Shown: positions 1 through 9,014 of the stretch, in pieces
Numbering within the stretch: position 1 is the first letter of the stretch
How the letters are laid out: the number at the start of each line of letters is the position of its first letter
Assembly (NCBI GenBank): GCA_050728995.1
Contig: JBOHKH010000012.1
Coordinates: 1,152 to 65,151 of the forward strand
DNA length: 64,000 nt
Origin: Rhizomicrobium sp.
GTDB lineage: Bacteria > Pseudomonadota > Alphaproteobacteria > Micropepsales > Micropepsaceae
Direction: 5' to 3'
Made by a program: the position numbers and the translations under genes
Notes under the pieces: generated by a model
Told to the model about the DNA's origin: nothing
The model's database searches: none
What the model saw: only the letters and a program-made list of their open reading frames with translations

Positions 1-319
1 GGAAAGTGATATCGCCCCAGGGAAGATCGGATTGCCAGTACCAGCCGTAATCGTCGGTGTAGACCCAGTGGCCATCCGAGAAATACGGGTGGAAGTCGTA
101 GGAAACCTGACCCGGCTGCCACACCAGGCCCCAGCGATCGCTGTAGAACCAGTAGCCGTAAGGTGCGAGCTGGCTGGTGAAGGCGTCGAGGCCGATGGCG
201 GAATTCGCCTCGTCGGTCGCGTACATCTCGCCCTGGGCCAAAGCTGGGCCGCCGGCAATGGCCAGGACGCCGGCCAGAACGGTGCCCGTCAGCAAACTCG
301 CATGCAGGATTCGGCGCAT
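1..319 (-). CDS. secreted hypothetical protein, N-terminal part (runs off left window edge)
   Basis: Hand translation of the minus strand from ATG (319-317) gives MRRILHASLLTGTVLAGVLAIAGGPALAQGEMY..., a signal peptide. A W/Y/D-rich mature part follows (YGYWFYSDRWGLVW, HWVYTDDYGWYW). The frame is open to the window edge, so it is absent from the ORF track. Track ORF 32..409(+) is its antisense shadow. Confidence 0.6.
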   Translation of the reverse strand, partial: MRRILHASLLTGTVLAGVLAIAGGPALAQGEMYATDEANSAIGLDAFTSQLAPYGYWFYSDRWGLVWQPGQVSYDFHPYFSDGHWVYTDDYGWYWQSDLPWGDITF

Positions 320-548
320 TTCCCTCTCCTTGGTGCTTCGCCGGACCCGAATCCGGCCGCACCAATGGCCGCACGAAAGCGGCGTTTTGAGGGCGTGCGC
401 GTTCAGTAGCCAAGAGACGGCAGCCGGGATTGCGGATTCCGCGGGTTGCGTTGGCAGCAGGCCGCCCCTGCGAACCGGCTCTTAACCTTTGCTGCGGCGT
501 GCCTATCTGATAGCTGAAGCAAGAGCCCGAACGGGTTCGGGGAGCAGA

Positions 549-1703
549 ATGTTCGGAATATACGATCTCGCAGGCGTCGCGTTCTGCGCGCTTTCGCTCA
601 TCGCCATCGGTTTCACGCTCGCCGCAGCCGCGAGCGTGGCGCTGCGGTCGGGGCGCGCGCGCAAAGCGCAGCCGGGCCGCGGCTCGGTGAGTCTTCTGAA
701 GCCCCTTCATCTGGCCGAGGCAGGCCTCGAGGACAATTTGCGGAGTTTCTTCGAGCAGGAATATTCCGGATCTGTACAGATCGTGTTTGGCGCCGAATCC
801 CGGAAAGACCCGGCGCTCGCCGTGGTGGAGAAACTCGTCCGCGAGTTTCCGCAAGCCGATGTGGCAATCGTGACCGATCCAGCGTTCGGCGGCTCCAATC
901 CCAAGGTTGCCAATCTGATCAACATGGCCGCTCACGCCAGACACGAAGTGCTGGTGTTGAGCGACAGTGACATCCGCGTCGGCCGCAATTACCTGTGCGA
1001 AGTGGTTGCCGCTCTGGACGAGCCCGGCATCGGCGCGGTGTCCTGCCTCTATTCGGGAAAGCCCATCGGGTCTGTCTGGGCAAAGCTCGCGGCGATGGGC
1101 ATCGACTATCACTTCCTGCCCAACGTCTGCCTCGGCATCGCGCTGCGATTGACGGAGCCGTGTTTCGGTTCGACGATCGCGCTCAAGAGATCGATCCTCG
1201 AAGAGATCGGAGGCCTCGAGTCGCTGGCGAACGTTCTCGCGGACGACTACGAACTGGGCCGGGCGGTGCGCGAGAAAGGCTATCGCGTGCGTATTCCCAT
1301 GGGTCTCGCCGTCGAACACGTCTGCAGCGAGGACTCGCTTAAGTCCCTGTTTCACCAGGAGCTGCGCTGGGCAAGAACCAATCTTCTGCTGGCGAAAGCC
1401 GGCTACGCCGGTACGCTTCTGACCTATCCGCTGCCGCTGGCACTCCTCGCGGTTCTGTTCGGCGGATTCTCCGTGCTGTCGCTCGCCATTCTCGGATCCG
1501 CTCTTGCGTCGCGCCTCTATCTCGTATTTCAAAGCGGGCGGTTTACAGGCGTGCGCGTCGGATCTCTCTGGCTGTTACCCCTGCGCGACGTTCTGTCTTT
1601 CGCCATTTTCGTGGTTTCGTTTTTTGGGCACACCGTCGAGTGGCGCGGAACGCGCTATGTCGCCGCTCCCGACGGGGCGCTCGCGCAATTCAGAGGCGCT
1701 TGA
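549..1703 (+). CDS. hpnI: hopanoid-associated family-2 glycosyltransferase HpnI (bacteriohopanetetrol N-acetylglucosaminyltransferase type)
   Basis: Ceramide-glucosyltransferase-like GT2 sequence (VSLLKPL, LSDSDIRV, QELRWART = QxxRW) with C-terminal TM helices, directly followed by hpnJ. Start moved from track TTG 489 to ATG 549, which has GGGGAGCAG upstream. Confidence 0.85.
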   Translation: MFGIYDLAGVAFCALSLIAIGFTLAAAASVALRSGRARKAQPGRGSVSLLKPLHLAEAGLEDNLRSFFEQEYSGSVQIVFGAESRKDPALAVVEKLVREFPQADVAIVTDPAFGGSNPKVANLINMAAHARHEVLVLSDSDIRVGRNYLCEVVAALDEPGIGAVSCLYSGKPIGSVWAKLAAMGIDYHFLPNVCLGIALRLTEPCFGSTIALKRSILEEIGGLESLANVLADDYELGRAVREKGYRVRIPMGLAVEHVCSEDSLKSLFHQELRWARTNLLLAKAGYAGTLLTYPLPLALLAVLFGGFSVLSLAILGSALASRLYLVFQSGRFTGVRVGSLWLLPLRDVLSFAIFVVSFFGHTVEWRGTRYVAAPDGALAQFRGA

Positions 1704-1704
1704 G

Positions 1705-3135
1705 ATGCTGAGAACGCTGTTTTTGCAGGGCCCGTCCTTCGACGGTTTCGACGGCGGGGCCGGTTCGCGTTACCAGGCGAAGCGCGAAATACGATCCTTC
1801 TGGTATCCCACCTGGCTCGCCCAGCCGGCCGCGCTCGTCGAAGGCAGTCGTCTCATCGACGCGCCGCCGCATGGACTGGGCCTCGAAGACGTCGTGACCG
1901 TCGCCCGGGATTACGATCTCGTCGTTCTGCACACCTCGATGCCGTCCTTCGGATCCGACCGGCGGACGGTGCGGGCACTCAAGGATGCCAATCCGGCGCT
2001 CAAGGCGGGCTTCATCGGCGCGAAGGTCGCGGTGGATCCCGAAGGAAGCCTGAAGGACGCGCCCGAAATCGATTTTGTGGCGCGCAACGAATTCGATTTC
2101 ACCATTCTCGATGTCGCCCGCGATCTTCCGTGGGAGAGGATCGATGGGCTGAGTTATCGCGGCGCGAACGGCGCGATCGTTCATAACGCGGAGCGGGCGA
2201 TCCTCGAGAACATGGATTCGCTGCCGTTCGTCACGCCTGTTTACAAGCGCGACCTTCACATCGAGAACTACTTCATCGGCTATCTGAAGCATCCGTACAT
2301 CTCGATATATACGGGGCGCGGCTGCAAATCGCGCTGCACCTTCTGCCTGTGGCCGCAGACCGTGGGCGGACATCGCTACCGGACCCGCAGCGTCGGACAT
2401 GTTGTCGAAGAAATCGCGTGGGCGAAGGAGGCTTTTCCGCAGGTGAAGGAATTCTTCTTCGACGACGATACCTTTACCGACAATCTGCCGCGCGCGGAAG
2501 CGATCGGAAAGGAGTTGGGCCGGCTCGGCGTCGAATGGTCGTGCAACGCCAAGGCCAATGTGCCGAGGCAGTCGCTAAAGGTCATGCGCGACAACGGGCT
2601 CCGGCTTTTGCTCGTCGGTTACGAATCGGGAAACCAGCAGATTCTCCACAACATCAAGAAGGGCATGCGCATCGACGTGGCGGAAAAGTTCACGCGCGAT
2701 TGCCACGATCTCGGCATTACCATCCACGGGACGTTCATTCTGGGGCTGCCCGGCGAGACGATGGAAACGATCGAGGAAACGGTGCGCTTCGCCAATCGCA
2801 TCAATCCCCATACCATCCAGGTGTCGCTTGCGGCGCCCTATCCCGGAACGTTCCTGCACAAGCAGGCGGTGGAGAACGGCTGGCTGGATGCGGCCAACGC
2901 CGAACTGGTGGACGAGCGTGGAATTCAGATCGCGCCGTTGCACTATCCGCATCTGAGCCACAGACAGATTCACGATTCGCTCGAGGATTTTTACAGACGG
3001 TTCTATTTTCGCTGGAACAAGATCGGCGAAATCGCGGCGGAGATGCTGCGCAGCCCGCAGATGATGAAACGGCGCCTGCGCGAAGGTGCCGAGTTCTTTC
3101 AGTTCCTGCGGGCGCGCCGCGAACATCCGGCATGA
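1705..3135 (+). CDS. hpnJ: hopanoid-associated radical SAM protein HpnJ
   Basis: Radical SAM CxxxCxxC motif (GRGCKSRCTFCLWP) after a B12-binding-like N-domain. ATG 1705 lies 1 nt after the hpnI stop. The track's 5' extension from 1504 overlaps hpnI and is rejected. Confidence 0.9.
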   Translation: MLRTLFLQGPSFDGFDGGAGSRYQAKREIRSFWYPTWLAQPAALVEGSRLIDAPPHGLGLEDVVTVARDYDLVVLHTSMPSFGSDRRTVRALKDANPALKAGFIGAKVAVDPEGSLKDAPEIDFVARNEFDFTILDVARDLPWERIDGLSYRGANGAIVHNAERAILENMDSLPFVTPVYKRDLHIENYFIGYLKHPYISIYTGRGCKSRCTFCLWPQTVGGHRYRTRSVGHVVEEIAWAKEAFPQVKEFFFDDDTFTDNLPRAEAIGKELGRLGVEWSCNAKANVPRQSLKVMRDNGLRLLLVGYESGNQQILHNIKKGMRIDVAEKFTRDCHDLGITIHGTFILGLPGETMETIEETVRFANRINPHTIQVSLAAPYPGTFLHKQAVENGWLDAANAELVDERGIQIAPLHYPHLSHRQIHDSLEDFYRRFYFRWNKIGEIAAEMLRSPQMMKRRLREGAEFFQFLRARREHPA

Positions 3136-4040
3136 ACGGCTGCGCACTCGCCTTTTCCGAGCGGACCTATCGCAGGGCGCGCACAGCGCCCGATGCTCGC
3201 CTGGCGATCGGCAGCGAAGCGCACAAGAGGCTTTTCTGCCGCGCGCTGCTCGACACGTTCGATCCGTATCATCCGCCAGTTCTTGATTGGCCGCCGCCGG
3301 ATGAAGAGACGCGCGACAGGCTGGTGCGGCTTCCCATCTGGGATATCGCCGCGCAGACCGAGGGCAAGGCAGGTCTGCGCGTAAAGACCTACGGCGAGAC
3401 GATTTCCGATCCGCTGCTCGCCAGGGCCGTGGCGCTGAACGCGTTCGAGGAAGGCCGCCACAAACATGTGCTCGCCAATCTCGTGGAGGCTTGCGCAATC
3501 GCGCTGGCGCCCAAACCGGAGTTTGTGAAGCCTCGCGATCCGGAATGGGCCTTCATGGTCACCGGCTACACCGAGTGCGTCGACAGTTTCTTCGCCTTCG
3601 GTCTGTTCGAGACGGCCCGGCGCTCCGGCTTCTTCCCGCCCCAACTCGTCGATACATTCGAACCGGTGATGCAGGAAGAAGGCCGCCATATCCTCTTCTT
3701 CGTGAATTGGGCCGCCTGGCACCGGCGCAACCTGTCGTTCTGGCGCAGGACATTGTTCGATCTGAAACGGCTGGCCGTGTGGGCGTTCCTCGTCTTCGAA
3801 CGGCTGTCGCTCGCGCGCGACGTAAACGGCAATACACACGACCACAATTTCACCGTCTCCGGTGCGAACCAGATCGGTGTGGATATTTCGATCCGCGAAT
3901 TGCTGGACATCTGTCTTGCGGAGAACGACCGCAGGCTCGGCATCTACGACCGGCGCCTGTTGCGTCCCCGTGCGGTGCCGGGCATCGTGCGGCTTGCACG
4001 CCGCTTTCTGCGCCGATCGCCTCCCTTCGCGCGCGCCTGA
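3132..4040 (+). CDS. ferritin-like di-iron carboxylate protein (oxygenase/desaturase-type), function unknown, embedded in hpn operon
   Basis: ATG 3132 overlaps the hpnJ stop (ATGA). The 302-aa product carries E77, EEGRH(106-110), E148 and EEGRH(182-186), i.e. an E/ExxH/E/ExxH pattern. The track ORF 2349..4040 5' part is a frame shadow of hpnJ. Confidence 0.8.
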   Translation: MNGCALAFSERTYRRARTAPDARLAIGSEAHKRLFCRALLDTFDPYHPPVLDWPPPDEETRDRLVRLPIWDIAAQTEGKAGLRVKTYGETISDPLLARAVALNAFEEGRHKHVLANLVEACAIALAPKPEFVKPRDPEWAFMVTGYTECVDSFFAFGLFETARRSGFFPPQLVDTFEPVMQEEGRHILFFVNWAAWHRRNLSFWRRTLFDLKRLAVWAFLVFERLSLARDVNGNTHDHNFTVSGANQIGVDISIRELLDICLAENDRRLGIYDRRLLRPRAVPGIVRLARRFLRRSPPFARA

Positions 4041-4047
4041 ACGTCCG

Positions 4048-5046
4048 GTGCGGATCGGCGTCATCCTCGCCGCGCTGATGGGTCTCGCGCTCGCGGCCTA
4101 TCTGGTGTTCTACGTCGGAATCGGCCAGGTCGTCGCGGCGGTCGCCTCCGCCGGCTGGGGGGGCTTCGTTCTTCTCTGCCTTTATGGAGCGGCGCTGTTC
4201 GCGCTTCTGGGGACGGCCTGGTTCGTGCTGGTACCGTCGCGTGCAAAGCCGAATCCCGCGACCTTCATATGGGGTCGTGCCGTGCGCGATTGTGCCGGCG
4301 AAGTGTTGCCGTTTTCGCAGGTCGGCGGAATAGTGATCGGCGCACGCGCGGTGATGCTGCGGCATGTGAGTGGTCCGCTCGCCTTTGCCTCGACTCTCGT
4401 CGACGTCACCGTGGAGACGGTGGCGCAGATCGCTTTCGTACTGGCGGGTTTCGCCATTCTCATGACGCGCGTTCCGCCCTCGGCCGCGAGCAGCGGACTC
4501 GCGAGGGGGATCGCCATCGGCCTGTCGGCGGCGGCGGTCGGCGCCGCCCTGTTTGTCGTGCTCCAGCGGAAGAGTTTCTCGCGAATCGTTGGCTGGATGT
4601 CGCGCCTGCTGCCGGAAACCGCGGCCAAAGCTGGCGCGGTGCAGCGCAGCTTCGCGACGATCTACAGCGCCCCCTTGCGCCTTCTTCTGGCGCTCGCGAT
4701 CCATCTCGCCGCCTGGGTCGCCACGGCGCTCTGGGCCTGGCTCGCCATCCGGTTCATCGGACGCAGCCTGTCGTTTCCTTCGGTCCTTGCCATCGAGGCG
4801 ATCCTTTATGGCATTCGCAGCGTCGCGGTGTTCATTCCCGCGGCAATCGGCGTGCAGGAAGCCGCCTATGCTCTGCTCGGACCGCTGTTCGGTCTTCCCG
4901 CGTCCGCCGCGCTCGCCGTCTCGCTTCTCAAGCGTGCGCGCGACATCGCGCTCTCCGTCCCCGTCCTTCTGAGCTGGCAGATCGCCGAGGGCGGCCATGC
5001 GCTCAGAGCCAGCCGTGAAGCCGCGCGAACGATGGCGGACGAATGA
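4048..5046 (+). CDS. hpnL: hopanoid-associated membrane protein HpnL (lysyl-phosphatidylglycerol-synthase-TM-like family)
   Basis: Polytopic membrane protein starting VRIGVILAALMGLALAAYLVFY, in the HpnL position between the hpnJ region and hpnA. GTG 4048 lies 7 nt after the preceding stop; ATG 4078 is an alternative. The track start 3862 overlaps the previous gene. Confidence 0.75.
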   Translation: MRIGVILAALMGLALAAYLVFYVGIGQVVAAVASAGWGGFVLLCLYGAALFALLGTAWFVLVPSRAKPNPATFIWGRAVRDCAGEVLPFSQVGGIVIGARAVMLRHVSGPLAFASTLVDVTVETVAQIAFVLAGFAILMTRVPPSAASSGLARGIAIGLSAAAVGAALFVVLQRKSFSRIVGWMSRLLPETAAKAGAVQRSFATIYSAPLRLLLALAIHLAAWVATALWAWLAIRFIGRSLSFPSVLAIEAILYGIRSVAVFIPAAIGVQEAAYALLGPLFGLPASAALAVSLLKRARDIALSVPVLLSWQIAEGGHALRASREAARTMADE

Positions 5047-5134
5047 GCGCGTTTGCGCTATCCGTAACGAGAATTGGTGCGCCTCCCGGGATGCCGAATC
5101 CTCATTGCCGTTCTGACCCTGGCTGATCGGCCCT

Positions 5135-6139
5135 ATGCCAACAACCAGCGATACCACCCTCGTTACAGGCGCGTCCGGGTTCGTCGGCTCGGCGGTGGCG
5201 CGGCTGCTTGGCGAGCGGGGGTTCAAGGTACGGGCGCTTGCGCGCGCGACCAGCCCGCGCGGCAATCTTGAAGGATTTGCCGGCGAGATCGTCGAAGGCG
5301 ATATGCGCGAGCCGGCCGACATGCGCCGCGCCATGCGCAACGTACGCTATCTGTTTCATGTCGCCGCGGATTACCGGCTGTGGGCGCGCGACGCGGAAGA
5401 GATCGTACGCAACAATGTCCGGGGCACCCGCGCCGTCATGGAAGCGGCGTCGGAAGCGGGCGTCGAACGCATCGTTTACACGAGCAGCGTCGCCACGCTG
5501 AAACCCGGGACTGCCGACGACCCCGCCGACGAAACGCGCCGGCTGAGCGAAGTGCAGGCGATTGGCGCCTACAAGCGCAGCAAGGTCGCGGCTGAACGCG
5601 TTGTCGAAAAGATGATCTCGGAAAAGGGACTGCCGGCGGTGATCGTCAATCCCTCGACGCCGATCGGTCCGCGCGACATCAAGCCGACGCCGACCGGCCG
5701 CATCATCGTGGAAACCGCCACGGGACGCATGCCGGCCTATGTGGAGACAGGACTCAATCTCGCGCATGTCGAGGACGTCGCCGAAGGGCATCTGCTCGCG
5801 CTCGAGAAGGGCGAAATCGGACGCTCCTACATTCTCGGCGGACAGAATGTGAGCCTGCGGGAGATGCTCGCAATCATCGCGGAGCTCGCAGGCCGCAGGT
5901 CGCCGCGCATAAGATTACCGCGCGGGCCGCTCTTTCCGCTCGCGTTGGCGGCCGAAACTGTGGCGCAGGTGACCGGCAAGGAACCGTTCCTGACGCGCGA
6001 CGCGCTCAAAATGGCGGGCCATCACATGTTCTTCACGTCCGCCCGTGCGGAACGCGAACTCGGCTACCGAGCGCGTCCGCACCGCACGGCACTCGCGGAC
6101 GCACTCGCCTGGTATCGTCAGGCCGGTTATCTGCGATGA
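5135..6139 (+). CDS. hpnA: hopanoid-associated sugar epimerase (NAD-dependent epimerase/dehydratase) HpnA
   Basis: N-terminal Rossmann motif TGASGFVGSAV and a YKRSK catalytic-type motif. Position immediately upstream of hpnB-hpnC. Confidence 0.9.
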   Translation: MPTTSDTTLVTGASGFVGSAVARLLGERGFKVRALARATSPRGNLEGFAGEIVEGDMREPADMRRAMRNVRYLFHVAADYRLWARDAEEIVRNNVRGTRAVMEAASEAGVERIVYTSSVATLKPGTADDPADETRRLSEVQAIGAYKRSKVAAERVVEKMISEKGLPAVIVNPSTPIGPRDIKPTPTGRIIVETATGRMPAYVETGLNLAHVEDVAEGHLLALEKGEIGRSYILGGQNVSLREMLAIIAELAGRRSPRIRLPRGPLFPLALAAETVAQVTGKEPFLTRDALKMAGHHMFFTSARAERELGYRARPHRTALADALAWYRQAGYLR

Positions 6140-7281
6140 TCTGGCTCGCGGCACTGCCGCTGATCGTCTGGATCTATTTTCTTTGTGCGCGCGGGCTGTT
6201 TTGGCTGATGCGCGAACGCGACGATCGCGCGGTGGTGCTGCGCTCTCCCGAAACCTGGCCGTCCGTTACAGCCGTCGTTCCCGCCCGCAACGAAGCCGAC
6301 GTGATCGCGCGCGTCGTCGAAAGCCTGCTGAAGCAGGATTATCCGGGCGCCTTCCACATTATACTTGTCGACGACGGAAGCTCGGACGGAACGGCGCAGA
6401 CAGCCCGCATCGCCGCGCTCGCCTGCGGGTCGTCCGACCGGCTGGAAGTCGTCCCGGGTCGGGAGCGGTTGGGGCGATGGACAGGCAAGGTGTGGGCGAT
6501 GCACCAGGGATTCGCGCGCGCGCTCGAGGCCGGTGCTCCTGCCTATCTCCTGTTTACCGACGCGGACATCGCGCATGCCCCCGACAATCTGCGCAGGCTC
6601 GTGAGTCTCGCCGAGGAACGCCGGCTCGTCCTTGTTTCGCTGATGGCAAGGCTTCATTGCGAGAGGCCTGCGGAAAAGCTTCTTATCCCGGCTTTCGTAT
6701 TCTTCTTTGCGATGTTGTTTCCGTTTGGCTGGGTCGACGACCGGCGGCGAAAAACTGCGGCTGCCGCGGGCGGCTGCATGCTTGTCGGGCGCGATGCGCT
6801 GCTTGCGGCCGGAGGTTTGGAGCCCATCGCCGGTGCGATCATCGACGATTGTGCGCTCGCCCGTCTCCTGAAACCGCACGGCGGGATTTGGCTCGGACTC
6901 AGCAGACGCGCCGTGAGTCTTCGCCCCTACGACGGGCTTGCCGGCATCGCCGCAATGGTTGCGCGGTCGGCTTATTCCCAACTGGGCTACTCGCTGTTAC
7001 TTCTTTGTGGCACTGTGGCGGGCATGGCGATCGTTTACGCCGCGCCGCCGCTGCTCGCGATTTTCGCTCCCGGTCCGGCGCGGTTTGTCGGTGCGGCCGC
7101 GTGGGTTCTCATGGCGCTTCTGTTCCAGCCCGTGCTGCGATTTTACCGGCTCTCGCCGGTCTGGGGACTTCTGTTGCCCGTGGCCGGTCTTTGTTATGCC
7201 GCGTTTACGGTACAATCGGCCGTTCAATATTGGCGCGGGCGCGGCGGCATGTGGAAGGGCCGCGCCCAGGCGATGGCGTGA
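6136..7281 (+). CDS. hpnB: hopene-associated family-2 glycosyltransferase HpnB
   Basis: GT2 motifs (VTAVVPARNE, ILVDDGSSDGT, FTDADIAH) plus flanking TM segments. ATGA overlap with the hpnA stop. Confidence 0.9.
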   Translation: MIWLAALPLIVWIYFLCARGLFWLMRERDDRAVVLRSPETWPSVTAVVPARNEADVIARVVESLLKQDYPGAFHIILVDDGSSDGTAQTARIAALACGSSDRLEVVPGRERLGRWTGKVWAMHQGFARALEAGAPAYLLFTDADIAHAPDNLRRLVSLAEERRLVLVSLMARLHCERPAEKLLIPAFVFFFAMLFPFGWVDDRRRKTAAAAGGCMLVGRDALLAAGGLEPIAGAIIDDCALARLLKPHGGIWLGLSRRAVSLRPYDGLAGIAAMVARSAYSQLGYSLLLLCGTVAGMAIVYAAPPLLAIFAPGPARFVGAAAWVLMALLFQPVLRFYRLSPVWGLLLPVAGLCYAAFTVQSAVQYWRGRGGMWKGRAQAMA

Positions 7282-7288
7282 GCATCCC

Positions 7289-8185
7289 ATGGAACAGGTG
7301 GCATCGCTTTCCTCCGGCAAGGGGCACCGGGACGAAAATTTTCCCGTCGCTTCCTTTCTCATTCGCGCGCGACATCGCCCCGTCGTTCTCGCCTTTTACC
7401 GATTCGCCAGGAGCGCCGACGACGTAGCCGACCACCCGACTGCCGAACCGGCGGGAAAGCTCCGCCTTCTCGCGGCGATGCGGCAGGGACTTCTCGGCGA
7501 AGGTAGCAGCGCGCCGGAATCGACCGCGCTGCGGCGCATTTTGCTGGAAAGGAATCTGCCGGAGCAGCACCCGCTCGATCTGCTCGAGGCTTTCCGCCGC
7601 GACGTGACGAAGCTGCGCTACACCGACTGGGACGACCTGATGGATTATTGCCGGTATTCGGCGATGCCGGTCGGCCGTTTCGTGCTCGATGTCCACGGCG
7701 AATCGCGATCGACATGGCCTGCGTCCGATGCGCTTTGTTCGGCGCTGCAGGTGATCAACCACCTGCAGGATTGCGCGAAGGATTATCGAAATCTCGACCG
7801 TGTCTATCTCCCGCTCGACGCCATGCATCGGCACGGCCTCGAGCCGGACGCGCTCGCAGAAGGGGCGGCAAGTCCCGCGTTGCGAAAGGTGCTCGACGAG
7901 CTGCTCGACCGCGTGTCACTGCTGCTCGACGAGGCGAGGCCCTTTGCGCGGCAGATAACAGACGGGCGCCTCGCGCTCGAAGTCGCAGTCATTCAGAAGC
8001 TTGCGGAAGATCTGACGCGCCGGCTCCGTGCTCGCGATCCGCTTTCCGGGCGTGTTCACCATCGCGGCACCGAAGCGTCGGCGATTGCCGTCGGGGCCGC
8101 CGTTTCGTTTCTTGCGAGCCGCGCATTCCGGAAACCGTCTGCGACCGAATCCGGCAAAGCGCACGAGCCTCTCCATGGCCGCTGA
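7289..8185 (+). CDS. hpnC: squalene synthase HpnC (hydroxysqualene synthase)
   Basis: Squalene/phytoene synthase motifs (NFPVASFL, YRFARSADDVADH, DCAKDYRNLDRVYLP). ATG 7289 lies 8 nt after the hpnB stop. The track 5' extension from 6938 is rejected. Confidence 0.9.
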   Translation: MEQVASLSSGKGHRDENFPVASFLIRARHRPVVLAFYRFARSADDVADHPTAEPAGKLRLLAAMRQGLLGEGSSAPESTALRRILLERNLPEQHPLDLLEAFRRDVTKLRYTDWDDLMDYCRYSAMPVGRFVLDVHGESRSTWPASDALCSALQVINHLQDCAKDYRNLDRVYLPLDAMHRHGLEPDALAEGAASPALRKVLDELLDRVSLLLDEARPFARQITDGRLALEVAVIQKLAEDLTRRLRARDPLSGRVHHRGTEASAIAVGAAVSFLASRAFRKPSATESGKAHEPLHGR

Positions 8186-9014
8186 ACCGGAAAGCGAGCT
8201 CGCCGCGCGCGCGGCTTCGGGCAGCTCCTTTTATTTCGCCATGCGGCTCCTGCCGAAAGAGCCGCGGGAGGCGATGTACGCCATCTATCGCTTCTGTCGG
8301 GCCGTCGATGACATCGCCGACGATACCGCGCGACCGCGGAGCGAGCGGCTCGATGCGCTTGAGCGGTGGCGGCACAACATCGATGCGCTTTTTTCCGGCA
8401 CTCCGAACTGTTCCGCGGGCTTCCTGGAGGAAGCGCTGCGGCGCTACCGCTTCCGCCGCGAGGATTTTCTGGCGGTAATCGACGGCATGGCCATGGATGT
8501 CGAGGACGATATCTGCGCGCCGGAATTCGCGACCCTCGACCTCTATTGCGACCGCGTGGCGAGCGCGGTGGGGCGTCTGTCGATCAAGGCATTCGGGATG
8601 GACGAGGAGCCCGGATTCCGGCTCGCGCATCACCTCGGACGGGCGCTTCAACTCACCAACATCCTGCGCGACCTCGATGAGGATGCTGTCCTTGGCCGGC
8701 TCTATCTGCCGCGCGAACTTCTCGAAGGTGCGTATGTCGCGATGGCAGATCCTTTCTCCGCGCTCGCGGCGCCGCAGATTTCTTCGGTATGCCGTGCGCT
8801 CTCCGGCGTCGCCAGACAGCACTATCGCGACGCGAACGCCATCTTCCGGGCGCGACCCCGCGGCGATCTTCGCCCGCCGAAACTGATGTCCGCGGTGTAT
8901 TCCTCCATCCTCTCCGACCTGGAAAAACAGGGATGGCTACCGCCTCGCCGGCGCGTGCGCCCGCCGAAGGCGCGGCTCGTCTGGATGCTGCTTCGTCACA
9001 GTCTCGCCGCATGA
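8175..9014 (+). CDS. hpnD: presqualene diphosphate synthase HpnD
   Basis: Phytoene/squalene synthase family (SSFYFAMRLLP, YRFCRAVDDIADD, NILRDLDEDAVLGRLYLP). ATG 8175 overlaps the hpnC end by 11 nt. Confidence 0.9.
   Translation: MAAEPESELAARAASGSSFYFAMRLLPKEPREAMYAIYRFCRAVDDIADDTARPRSERLDALERWRHNIDALFSGTPNCSAGFLEEALRRYRFRREDFLAVIDGMAMDVEDDICAPEFATLDLYCDRVASAVGRLSIKAFGMDEEPGFRLAHHLGRALQLTNILRDLDEDAVLGRLYLPRELLEGAYVAMADPFSALAAPQISSVCRALSGVARQHYRDANAIFRARPRGDLRPPKLMSAVYSSILSDLEKQGWLPPRRRVRPPKARLVWMLLRHSLAA

Noticed and set aside
32-409. 125-aa plus-strand ORF at the left edge
   Set aside because: It is antisense to a much more convincing minus-strand gene (signal peptide, ATG at 319). Its composition (Arg/Ala/Gly/Val-rich) is typical of high-GC shadow frames.
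1504-1704. 5' extensions of track ORFs (1504 for hpnJ, 2349 for the di-iron gene, 6938 for hpnC, 8028 for hpnD, 8789 for hpnE, 12153 for hpnG, 37697 for the peptidase, and others)
   Set aside because: Each extension lies inside the preceding gene in another frame. Conserved N-termini and ATGA/GTGA junctions identify the internal start codons.
3850-5340. 496-aa minus-strand ORF antisense to hpnL and the hpnA start
   Set aside because: Extremely Arg/Gly/Asp-rich with no hydrophobic core or motifs. It overlaps a coherent membrane protein in operon context. Classic GC-rich antisense ORF.
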